Source: Methylophaga frappieri
Lineage (GTDB): Bacteria > Pseudomonadota > Gammaproteobacteria > Nitrosococcales > Methylophagaceae
DNA: 32,000 nt
Direction: 5' to 3'
Assembly: GCF_000260965.1 (NCBI RefSeq)
Contig: NC_017856.1
Span: forward strand, 390,001-422,000
Under the pieces are notes generated by a model. It had not been told where the DNA came from and ran no database searches. It saw only the letters and a program-made list of their open reading frames with translations. Shown here one piece after another: positions 8,469 to 17,077 of the stretch. How positions within the stretch are numbered: the first letter of the stretch is position 1; every line of letters begins with the position of its first letter. The translations under genes were made by a program, and so were the position numbers.

Positions 8469-8623
8469 GTATCGCTACTATCGTCTCGGATTTTGAAGCG
8501 CTTGGCGTTTATCTCTGGGCTGAACACGATCAGCTGAAGTTTAAGGCCCCGGCTGGTGTGTTAAGTGATGCGCATAAAGAAAAGCTAAAACACCATAAAG
8601 ATGAACTTATCGCCTTTCTAGCC
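8465..8623 (+). other. TubC_N-type (beta-hairpin) N-terminal docking domain
   Basis: MSIATIVSDFEALGVYLWAEHDQLKFKAPAGVLSDAHKEKLKHHKDELIAFL fits the pattern GV.LW.e.d.L.f.AP.G.L...l...L..hK.eL...L recalled for TubC/EpoB-type docking domains. Confidence 0.65.
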
Positions 8624-11600
8624 GATCCTGTCATCGACGGTATTCAGCCAGATTTAGAAAATCGTTACAGCCCTTTTCCTTTGACAGATTTACAACTGGC
8701 GTATCTGGTTGGCCGGACCAATGCCATCGAATATGGTGGTGTTGGCTGTCATAGTTATATTGAACTGGATATGGTTGCTGTCGATTTAGAAAAGCTGCAA
8801 ACAGCATGGCACAAACTCATTTCTCGCCACGAGATGTTGCGGGCACGTATAACTCAAAATGGTTACCAACAGATTTTACGTGATGTTTCCTCTCCCCCAG
8901 TAATACACCATGATTTTCGGCAACAACCTGCTGAAACGATCGAAAACAAGATGTTGGCATTAAGGGAACGCCTGGCCCACCGATGCTATCAACCTGATCA
9001 ATGGCCGCAGTATGAAATGCATTTAAGTAGCTATGATGAGGGCGCTGTTCTGCATTTTTCTATTGATTTGCTCATTGCAGATTTTGCCAGTATTCAAATT
9101 CTGCTCGCAGAACTTGGTGAACTCTACAACCATCCCCAGCGCGACTTGCCGAAATTAAGTATTTCTTATCGCGATGTTGTCTTGGCCAGAAAAGCCATTC
9201 AGGACAATCCGAAAGCGCTCACGCGTTATGAAAAACATAAAGCCTATTGGCTAAAGCGCCTTGAAACCATGCCAATGCCACCAGAACTGCCTATGGCTCG
9301 GCAATCACGCCGAACAAGTGAAATTCAGCAAGCAACTGTTACATTTAATCGATTACATTTCGAACTACCAGCCGATCAATGGCAATCACTAAGTCAGCAA
9401 GCTACGACAAAAAAAATTACCCCGTCCAGTGTTGTCTTGACAGCGTTTACAGAAACCCTGTCCCGCTGGTCTCGACACCAGGAGTTTTGCCTTAATCTGA
9501 CCATGCTGAATCGCTCCACGGCACACCCTGATATTCGTGGCCTGGTAGGTGACTTTATTGAAGTAAATGTCCTCGGCGTAACCCCCAACCCTGAGCATAG
9601 CTTTGCAGAACGCGCTGTGTCCATCCAGCAACGCCTGTGGCAGGATTTGGAGCACACTGACTTTTCAGGTATCGAAGTGCTACGCGAAATGAGCCGGCAA
9701 CAAGGCAGTAATGTCATTGTGCCAATTGTTTACACCAGTACAGTGGGTCTAAGCGGCGATCAATTAGATGCCAACGAATTTATGCATAATGCCAAACTCC
9801 GTTATGGCATTACCCAGACCCCTCAGGTATGGCTAGACTGCCAAGTTACCGAACGTAACGAGCAGTTATTAGTCGACTGGGATATCCGTAGTGATATTTT
9901 CAAAAGCGGAGTCATTGAGCAGGCTCATGGTGTTTTTTGCAAACTTCTGCAAGACCTGGCTAGTGATGCTGCTATCTGGCAATCAACACAGCCAATTTCA
10001 TTGCCAGAAGCCATGCAACACATTCGTGAAGAGACCAATAATACTGACGGCCGATTACCTGCAGAATTTCTCCATACGGGTTTTTGTCGCCAGGCTTTAA
10101 CCCGTCCTGATGCCGTTGCTGTTATCAGTGGTGATCGTCAAATTACCTATCATGATCTGGCCCGACAGGCTCTGACACTGCGGAGTTTCATGACCGACCA
10201 TGTCAATACCGGCGATCGGGTAGCCATTGTCATGGATAAAGGCGAAGACCAAATTGCTGCTGTATTGGCAGTACTGCTTGCGAATGCCACTTATGTACCG
10301 ATTGAGGGTGCGCAGCCTGTTGCGCGACGCAACACGATTCTTTCAGATGCCAATATTCAGGTTGTGCTCACCGATAACAGTCGCCTTGATTCTAATTGGC
10401 CAGCAAATACCACGGTTATTATTGTAGATAAGATTGACGCCTTGCCTGATAGCGAAACAACACGACAGATTTTGAATAATACCCTTGTAGATCATCAAGA
10501 TACATTTCGTAAAAACACAAACCGTATTGGTTACATTATTTACACCTCAGGTACAACGGGACGCCCCAAAGGGGTGATGATGTCACACCGAGCGGCTCTG
10601 AATACCGTCGCAGACATCAATGATCGGTTTAATATCAGCGAGATAGACAATGTATTAGGCTTGGTCAGTTTTGCTTTTGACCTGTCAATCTGGGATATAT
10701 TTGGCACCCTTGGTGCTGGCGCAACGCTCGTTCTGCCTGACGCGGATAAGCGTGCTGATCCTGCGCACTGGGCTCAGGTCATGTCATCTCATGCCGTGAC
10801 GGTATGGAACTCTGTCCCGGCACAATTGCAAATGCTAACAACGCAATTGGAATGGCAATCTGACGCTAATCTGAATCCATTACGACTGGCTATGTTGTCA
10901 GGAGACTGGATTCCTATATCTTTGCCGGATGCAGCGCGCAAGCACTTACCGCAACTGCAGGTTGTCAGTCTGGGCGGCCCAACTGAAACCGCGATTTGGT
11001 GTGTTAGCCATCTGATTGGTGAAGTACCCGACAATGCCTACAGTATCCCCTATGGTAAACCCCTGACAAATCACCAGATTCATATTCTTAACACACGACT
11101 GGAGCCTTGCCCTGATTGGGTTACCGGTGAAATGTATATTGGTGGTGCAGGTTTGGCGGCAGGTTACGCTGGTGACTCAGAGCAAACCAAGGCGCGCTTT
11201 ATCTATCATCCAGACACGGGCCAATGTTTATACCGATCAGGTGACCTCGGGCGTTATCGCCCAGATGGCATCATAGAAATTCAAGGACGTGACGATGGCC
11301 AAGTCAAAATTCATGGTCAACGTATTGAGCTTGGCGAAGTAGAAGCGGTCATTTGCAGCCATGAGGGTGTTCGTAGTGCTGCGGTCGTCTGTATCGGCTC
11401 CCCGGCACTGTTAGCGGCAGCAGTTGTACCCGATGAAACATCACCACTGCAGAATTCAAGTCTGGTAAACGAATTAAATCACTTTTTAACCGAGCGCCTG
11501 CCCGGTTATATGATTCCAGCTAATTTAATGATAATGCCGTCATTACCGTTGAGTAGCAATGGCAAGCTGGATCGAAAAACATTGCAAAAAACCTTATCAG

Positions 11601-13024
11601 AAAATAAGAACCATCAGGCAGATTTTGAAGCGCCTCTTGAGACACCGTTAGAGCAAAATGTCGCTCGAATTTGGCGTGAGTTACTAAACATCGAAACGCT
11701 GTCACGTCATGATGATTTTTTCAGTATCGGTGGTTCCAGCCTGACGGCTATCAATCTGCTGAGCGCTTTCCTCGCCGAAGGTTATCCAGCAGATATTGAT
11801 CTGATCTTTAATAATCCAACGTTCAGTGCCATGGTGTTTGCGCTGGAACAATCCAATGCCGCAAAAACTGAATGGTTAGATAGTATTGACCTGTCCAAAA
11901 TGGCGAGTCATGCAATGGCTGGTCTGAAAGATGCTCAGCCTTACGAGGCAACATCATCCATTAAAACTATCTTATTAACCGGTGCGAGTGGCTATCTTGG
12001 CAGTTATTTACTGAACCGCTTATTACGCGATACCGATTATCACCTTTATTGTTTACTACGTTGTGATGACCCGGAACATGGCATTGAACGTCTAATTCAT
12101 TCTGCAGCAGAAAAAGGCTTGAATATTGAACTCAATACCTCACGCCTTACTATTCTGCCTGGCGAGCTATCAGAACCAAAATTCGGCCTGAGTGATACAG
12201 CGTATCAGCATCTTGCTGAAAACGTTGATGTAGTAATCCATAATGCCTCGATTATTAACTTGATGGATCCCCTTTCCGGACTATATCCAACCAATGTTGA
12301 GGGGGTCAGCCATATTTTATCGCTGGCAAGTACAACGAAAATCAAGCCGATTCACTACATTTCCACCATTGGTGTTCATCATGCCTTACCAGAAGATACT
12401 GCACAGCCGGTATTAGAGCACACACCGGTCATGCACTGGCGACCCGTTACGCTGACTTATGAGCAGTCAAAAATCATGGCGGAAACCTTGTTTGGCTATG
12501 CACGTGAACACGGCATGCCCGTTAACATCCTGCGTCCGGGTACGATTACCTGGGATACCGGCGAAAAACCGTTTATTAATGATGATGCCTTCTTGAAGTT
12601 TTATCGGGCGTGTCTTGCCATCAAGTCCTATCCCGCTTCATCACTTGCCGTCAACATTGTTCCTGTAGATTATGTGGCGGATTGTATTGTTGCCATTACA
12701 CTGAGTAAAACCGGCAAAAGCGAGAATTTTCACCTGGTTTCTGAACAAAGCACACCTGTTGAAACGGTATATCAATGGTGTAATGAGCTTGGCTGTTCGA
12801 TCATGGCTAACAGTTTCAAGGACTGGAAAAACGCGTTGGATGATAACTTTATTCTGGGTTTCGTCAATCTGTATTTCGGCGATGACATGGATAATGGCGG
12901 GCATCATCAATACAGCACAGAAAACTTGCAGCAAGTTACTGCCAGCCATGGTATTGAGAGCTTTAGCGTTACCAAGGGTTACCTGAAATCATTAACAGAT
13001 CAATTTCACAATGCTGATGCGTGA
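8465..13024 (+). CDS. Terminal NRPS: docking domain-Cy-A-T-R (thioester reductase)
   Basis: The ATG overlaps the upstream stop (ATGA at 8465-8468). Cy motifs: FPLTDLQLAYLVGR, RHEMLRARI, canonical DLLIADFAS (9065-9091), LNLTMLNR, GDFIE, IVYTSTVG, TQTPQVWLDCQ. A motifs: YIIYTSGTTGRPKG, FAFDLSIWDIF, SLGGPTETAIWC, YRSGDLGRY, GRDDGQVKIHGQRIELGEVE, SNGKLDRK. T motif: FFSIGGSSL. R motifs: LLTGASGYLGSYLL and YEQSK. Confidence 0.96.
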   Translation: MSIATIVSDFEALGVYLWAEHDQLKFKAPAGVLSDAHKEKLKHHKDELIAFLADPVIDGIQPDLENRYSPFPLTDLQLAYLVGRTNAIEYGGVGCHSYIELDMVAVDLEKLQTAWHKLISRHEMLRARITQNGYQQILRDVSSPPVIHHDFRQQPAETIENKMLALRERLAHRCYQPDQWPQYEMHLSSYDEGAVLHFSIDLLIADFASIQILLAELGELYNHPQRDLPKLSISYRDVVLARKAIQDNPKALTRYEKHKAYWLKRLETMPMPPELPMARQSRRTSEIQQATVTFNRLHFELPADQWQSLSQQATTKKITPSSVVLTAFTETLSRWSRHQEFCLNLTMLNRSTAHPDIRGLVGDFIEVNVLGVTPNPEHSFAERAVSIQQRLWQDLEHTDFSGIEVLREMSRQQGSNVIVPIVYTSTVGLSGDQLDANEFMHNAKLRYGITQTPQVWLDCQVTERNEQLLVDWDIRSDIFKSGVIEQAHGVFCKLLQDLASDAAIWQSTQPISLPEAMQHIREETNNTDGRLPAEFLHTGFCRQALTRPDAVAVISGDRQITYHDLARQALTLRSFMTDHVNTGDRVAIVMDKGEDQIAAVLAVLLANATYVPIEGAQPVARRNTILSDANIQVVLTDNSRLDSNWPANTTVIIVDKIDALPDSETTRQILNNTLVDHQDTFRKNTNRIGYIIYTSGTTGRPKGVMMSHRAALNTVADINDRFNISEIDNVLGLVSFAFDLSIWDIFGTLGAGATLVLPDADKRADPAHWAQVMSSHAVTVWNSVPAQLQMLTTQLEWQSDANLNPLRLAMLSGDWIPISLPDAARKHLPQLQVVSLGGPTETAIWCVSHLIGEVPDNAYSIPYGKPLTNHQIHILNTRLEPCPDWVTGEMYIGGAGLAAGYAGDSEQTKARFIYHPDTGQCLYRSGDLGRYRPDGIIEIQGRDDGQVKIHGQRIELGEVEAVICSHEGVRSAAVVCIGSPALLAAAVVPDETSPLQNSSLVNELNHFLTERLPGYMIPANLMIMPSLPLSSNGKLDRKTLQKTLSENKNHQADFEAPLETPLEQNVARIWRELLNIETLSRHDDFFSIGGSSLTAINLLSAFLAEGYPADIDLIFNNPTFSAMVFALEQSNAAKTEWLDSIDLSKMASHAMAGLKDAQPYEATSSIKTILLTGASGYLGSYLLNRLLRDTDYHLYCLLRCDDPEHGIERLIHSAAEKGLNIELNTSRLTILPGELSEPKFGLSDTAYQHLAENVDVVIHNASIINLMDPLSGLYPTNVEGVSHILSLASTTKIKPIHYISTIGVHHALPEDTAQPVLEHTPVMHWRPVTLTYEQSKIMAETLFGYAREHGMPVNILRPGTITWDTGEKPFINDDAFLKFYRACLAIKSYPASSLAVNIVPVDYVADCIVAITLSKTGKSENFHLVSEQSTPVETVYQWCNELGCSIMANSFKDWKNALDDNFILGFVNLYFGDDMDNGGHHQYSTENLQQVTASHGIESFSVTKGYLKSLTDQFHNADA
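8666..9965 (+). other. Heterocyclization (Cy) domain, canonical DxxxxDxxS
   Basis: See the motifs listed for the terminal NRPS CDS. Confidence 0.9.
10067..11584 (+). other. Adenylation domain 4 (Cys-like but distinct signature)
   Basis: Specificity positions read by eye give D-L-W-N-M-S-L-I-W-K. There is no insertion between A8 and A9, so no embedded methyltransferase. Confidence 0.85.
11648..11848 (+). other. Thiolation (PCP) domain 4
   Basis: LEQNVARIWRELL...DDFFSIGGSSLTAINLL; Ser codon at 11738-11740. Confidence 0.88.
11963..13021 (+). other. Terminal thioester reductase (SDR-type R) domain
   Basis: NAD(P)-binding TGASGYLG and the catalytic YEQSK (YxxxK). About 350 aa located after the last T domain. 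Confidence 0.88.
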
Positions 13025-13080
13025 TGTTGGTGCTGCCTGAACCACGTTAAATATAATATTGAATATGAGGATAGTCAGTT

Positions 13081-13896
13081 ATGTTTACTGAATCTGTCGC
13101 GTTGCGACCTGCGATCCAGTCTGTTGCCGAGAAGTGGTTTCGCATTTATCAGGCTCGACCCGGTGCTAGCCAGCGTATTATTTTGCTGCCACATGCTGGT
13201 GGCTCTGCCAGTTTCTTCAGGCATTGGAGCACCGCCTTTCCAGATTCCATAGAAGTGGTTTCAGTTCAGTATCCTGGCCGGGAAGCGCGTATTAATGATG
13301 CTTTGATTGATTCCATGCCCGAGCTGGTAGCCCAGTTAAGTGAAGGCTTGGAAGAAGTACTGGACAAACCTTATGTGCTTTTCGGTCACAGTATGGGTGG
13401 GGCCGTCGCTTACGAATTGTATCTGGCACTGCTGCGTCAAAAATTACCCTTACCAACGCATTTAGTGATTTCTGCTATTGAAGCCCCAACGCGCCGTCAT
13501 GTTGGCGATTTACACAAGCAAAGTGATAAAGCCTTGATGACTGAGTTAAAAAAACTTGATGGTTCCCAAGTCAATCTGGCGGACTACCCGGAACTGGCAG
13601 AAATTGTATTGCCATTAATGCGTAACGATTATCAATTGATAGAGACCTATCAACCTGTGCTGCCAACAACGCCGCTTAACTGCCCGATTACTGTCATGAC
13701 TGGTGATTCCGATACAGAGTTAAATCCAGGCGATGCAGATGCCTGGCAGGCAGAGACAACAGCCAACTTCAGACTACTCAGTTTTAAAGGCGGTCATTTT
13801 TATCTAAGGCCAGAGCAACAAGCGGTTGTTCGCGCCTTGACCAAAATTTGTCATCAGACACAAGGCGCTGGTTCACGTCAGCTTTATCTGCCCTGA
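13081..13896 (+). CDS. Type II (editing) thioesterase
   Basis: 271 aa. LLPHAGGSASFF, nucleophile elbow GHSMGG, C-terminal GGHFYL. GAGGA RBS about 10 nt upstream. Confidence 0.88.
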   Translation: MFTESVALRPAIQSVAEKWFRIYQARPGASQRIILLPHAGGSASFFRHWSTAFPDSIEVVSVQYPGREARINDALIDSMPELVAQLSEGLEEVLDKPYVLFGHSMGGAVAYELYLALLRQKLPLPTHLVISAIEAPTRRHVGDLHKQSDKALMTELKKLDGSQVNLADYPELAEIVLPLMRNDYQLIETYQPVLPTTPLNCPITVMTGDSDTELNPGDADAWQAETTANFRLLSFKGGHFYLRPEQQAVVRALTKICHQTQGAGSRQLYLP

Positions 13897-13997
13897 TGAT
13901 CCATTTGAGAGCATTATTTTACCGATCTGGGTAGCGCCGTATTCAGATTTAACGGATGTTAGTAGGTTTTGATTGGTTGATTCTTTAGGAGACAAGC

Positions 13998-14957
13998 ATG
14001 CGTTTATCCAAGGCCATATTGCTATCCGTGATGCCCTTGTGGTTTAGTCTCTCCGCGCATAGTGCCGACTACCCGTTGACCATTACCGATGATCGGGGCA
14101 AACAGGTGACCTTTAACGCCCAGCCAGAGTCGATTGCCTCTATCTCCGCATTTGGGGCTGATCTGTTGGCAGCACTGGGAAAACAGGCAACCGGTATGTC
14201 AACGCTGAATCATCAGCAGTCAGCTTTTCTGGGGGATACGATTAACGATATGGTTGATCTGGGGGAAATCCATGAAACCAATATGGAGTTACTCACCGAA
14301 CTTAATCCGGATCTGACCATTGGTATTCGTACCTATACCGAGCCATTTGAAAAAAAATTTGAAGAAATAGGCAAGTTTCTAGCTTTTGATCTGGTGACCT
14401 ATGCTGATTCGGTTGAAAGCGTCGAGGCTGTCAGCGCTGCACTCGGCGAAGCGGATAAAGGCAAACAACTGAATGCCGAGTTTGCTGACAGTTTGAAAGC
14501 CCATCAAGCGAAAGCGCCTGGTCGTCCCAGTGTGGTTTTTTTATGGCATTGGGCCGATGTACCTTATGGCTTTTATAATCATCATTTAACCATGGAAATC
14601 GTCTCTGCTTTACAGGCACATAACGCTATCGGCGACAGTCCACAACCCGATGTTCAGCCACTGGATTCCGCACCAGTTTCTATGGAAACCCTATTGCAGC
14701 TTGATCCGGACATTATCGTCTCCTTCAAAGGTGATGCCGGTCCAATCCAGAATCACCCTGTCTGGCATCGGTTAAGTGCGGTTAAAAATGGTCGTGCTTA
14801 TCGTGTCGGTGATCAATATGTCATGCCACACGGCCCCATTGCCCGGGATATGATTTTGCGTGAGCTGGCTTATCTGTTCTATCCGGATCACTTTCCAGAA
14901 CCGGCTGATATCCCTGCTGCTGCCCGTGCAACCGCAATGACTTTTACCGAGAATTAA
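13998..14957 (+). CDS. Periplasmic siderophore/iron-chelate substrate-binding protein (Peripla_BP_2, FecB/FhuD-like)
   Basis: Signal peptide MRLSKAILLSVMPLWFSLSAHSA. About 300-aa mature protein with the typical ...ESIASIS..GADLLAALG... N-lobe. AGGAG RBS. Immediately followed by FecCD permease genes. Confidence 0.82.
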   Translation: MRLSKAILLSVMPLWFSLSAHSADYPLTITDDRGKQVTFNAQPESIASISAFGADLLAALGKQATGMSTLNHQQSAFLGDTINDMVDLGEIHETNMELLTELNPDLTIGIRTYTEPFEKKFEEIGKFLAFDLVTYADSVESVEAVSAALGEADKGKQLNAEFADSLKAHQAKAPGRPSVVFLWHWADVPYGFYNHHLTMEIVSALQAHNAIGDSPQPDVQPLDSAPVSMETLLQLDPDIIVSFKGDAGPIQNHPVWHRLSAVKNGRAYRVGDQYVMPHGPIARDMILRELAYLFYPDHFPEPADIPAAARATAMTFTEN

Positions 14958-14981
14958 TCAAAGTCGATCCTAACGCTCATC

Positions 14982-15989
14982 ATGGCCGTGCCATCTGCTC
15001 CTGCTGATACCCCTTTTCTGACCTTGCTGCCAGTTGTTCTGGTGGCCGTTTTGGTCATTTTCTTATCCGGGCTGGGTGCATTGCTGCTCGGCGATTTTGA
15101 TCTGGACTTCGTAACCCTGATGCAAATTTTGTCAGTCCGCAGTCATTCAACTCTGGATTTTGTTGTCTGGGAGTTGCGCTTTCCGCGTTACATTGTTGCC
15201 ATTCTTGCCGGTTCGGCATTGGCCATGGCGGGCACAATTGTCCAATCCATCACACGTAATCCGCTAGGTTCACCCAGTTTGATGGGGGTGACCTCTGGTG
15301 CCGCATTCGCGATTGTCATCAGTTTTGTCATTTTTACCTTTGATACCTCAAGTCGACTGGTATTCGGCACACTCGGCGGCATGCTGGCGGCCTCTTTAAC
15401 TTTTGCACTGGCCTGGAAAACACAGTTAAACCCGATTAATTTAACGTTAGCCGGCATGAGCATTTCCCTATTCTTTATGGCTGCTATCACGGTGATGCTG
15501 GTTTCCGCTGATGCCGATGCGAGAGGTATTTATTATTGGCTTACTGGCAGTCTGGCAAACCTGACATGGCAACATGTTCAGCTGTTATACCCGTACGTGA
15601 TTGCCGGTTTAATTATTGGAGTTGGTTTTGCCCGTCCGCTCAATCTGTTAATGCTTGATGAACAAGTTGCGCATTCGCTGGGCCTGGCAATACAGTGGTG
15701 GCGGCTGGCATTGGGTATCGTTGCTGTCGTCCTGACCGCGGCAACTGTCGCTGTTGCTGGGCCAATCAGTTTTGTTGGTTTAATCGCCCCGCATCTGTCT
15801 CGTTTTGCCTTGGGTATGCCTGCCGCGAATAATCATCGTTTTGTCTTACCGCTGTCGGCGTTGATTGGCGCTGCGCTGGTCAGTAGTGCCGATTTACTGG
15901 CCAAATTTCAGGAAGTGCCTGTTGGCATACTTTGTATTCTGATTGGCGGCCCGTTATTTGTTGTGCTGATTCGGCGGCAACCTCAGTGA
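14982..15989 (+). CDS. FecCD-family iron-chelate ABC permease (first subunit)
   Basis: 335 aa and polytopic. Family-typical LRFPRYIVAILAGSALAMAGTIVQSITRNPL and GPISFVGLIAPH segments. Confidence 0.9.
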   Translation: MAVPSAPADTPFLTLLPVVLVAVLVIFLSGLGALLLGDFDLDFVTLMQILSVRSHSTLDFVVWELRFPRYIVAILAGSALAMAGTIVQSITRNPLGSPSLMGVTSGAAFAIVISFVIFTFDTSSRLVFGTLGGMLAASLTFALAWKTQLNPINLTLAGMSISLFFMAAITVMLVSADADARGIYYWLTGSLANLTWQHVQLLYPYVIAGLIIGVGFARPLNLLMLDEQVAHSLGLAIQWWRLALGIVAVVLTAATVAVAGPISFVGLIAPHLSRFALGMPAANNHRFVLPLSALIGAALVSSADLLAKFQEVPVGILCILIGGPLFVVLIRRQPQ

Positions 15990-17077
15990 GTCGTTCAAGC
16001 TATTGGCCAAAAGTGTGCTCTGCGGTTTGCCGATATCTCAGAGGACAGCTTGGACAGCACCGCTTTACAGCCGTATTGAGTCTCCTGATAAGCCTGCTTG
16101 TGGTACTGGTAATCAGTTCTCTTTTAATGGGATCAGCTTCATTAACGCCGCAGCAGGTTTATAGTGGGTTGTTTGATGGGCAAATTGGCAACACGGCCTA
16201 CGACGTGTTGTGGAATTTGCGTCTGCCGCGCACCCTGCTGGCTGTTTTGGTTGGTGTCCATTTTGCGCTCGCCGGTTTGATCTTACAGGCGGTGATTCGA
16301 AATCCACTGGCTGATCCCAGTGTCATCGGCGTGTCTGGTGGCGCCAGCCTGATGATCGTCATCTTTTTGTTAGTTGCAGATATCATCAACGGCACCTTAT
16401 TTTCAGGTAAAACGGTGGTGTCGTTAACGTGGCTGCCTTTTGCCGCACTTTTGGGCGGCTTGCTGACAGCGGCGCTGGTACTCAGCCTGTCCAAACGTTC
16501 TGGTATGAATCCCACCAAATTAGCGCTTAATGGGGTGGCCGTGGGTGCCATACTGAACGCGGCCGTGATGTGGACTATTCTGGCATGGGGTGGCGGTCGC
16601 ACTGAAACCAGTATTCTTTGGCTGGCTGGCAGTTTTTATGGTCGTGACTTTAGCCATGTCTATACCATACTGCCCTGGACGGTACTGGGATTATTGGCAT
16701 TGTGCCTTGTTCAACGGCCCTTGGCGCTGCTGCGATTTAATGATGATCTGGCACATTCTCTCGGCTTATCTGTTTTTCAGTGGCGGATTATTACCATCAG
16801 CATTGCCGTCGCATTAGCCGCCAGTGCCACTGCGGTCGCTGGCCCGGTTGGTTTTGTCGGTTTAATCGTTCCCCATCTGGCACGCCTACTGGTTGGCAAT
16901 CAACTTTCACATTTAACGATCAGCACCTTGCTGCTGGGCGGTTGTTTGACGCTGGGCGCCGATATTCTGAGTCGTATCTTGGTGCATCCGCTGGAATTGC
17001 CTGCCGGGGCACTGACAACGCTGATTGGCATCCCGGTGCTGCTCTTTTTATTACAACGCCAAAGCAGGGAAAGCTAA
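15986..17077 (+). CDS. FecCD-family iron-chelate ABC permease (second subunit)
   Basis: Start re-called to the in-frame GTG at 15986, which forms a GTGA overlap with the upstream stop at 15987-15989. LRLPRTLLAVLVGVHFALAGLILQAVIRNPL and GPVGFVGLIVPH segments. Confidence 0.85.
   Translation: MSRSSYWPKVCSAVCRYLRGQLGQHRFTAVLSLLISLLVVLVISSLLMGSASLTPQQVYSGLFDGQIGNTAYDVLWNLRLPRTLLAVLVGVHFALAGLILQAVIRNPLADPSVIGVSGGASLMIVIFLLVADIINGTLFSGKTVVSLTWLPFAALLGGLLTAALVLSLSKRSGMNPTKLALNGVAVGAILNAAVMWTILAWGGGRTETSILWLAGSFYGRDFSHVYTILPWTVLGLLALCLVQRPLALLRFNDDLAHSLGLSVFQWRIITISIAVALAASATAVAGPVGFVGLIVPHLARLLVGNQLSHLTISTLLLGGCLTLGADILSRILVHPLELPAGALTTLIGIPVLLFLLQRQSRES

Noticed and set aside
15932-15985. N-terminal extension of the second FecCD permease ORF (track start 15932).
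   Set aside because: The extension overlaps the end of the upstream permease in another frame and is not hydrophobic or family-like. The in-frame GTG at 15986 gives a classic GTGA stop/start overlap.
16780-17076. A 99-codon N-terminal extension of the importer ATPase ORF (track start 16780).
   Set aside because: It overlaps the permease coding region. ABC ATPases of this family start about 30 residues before Walker A, which is what the ATG at 17077 (TAATG overlap) gives.
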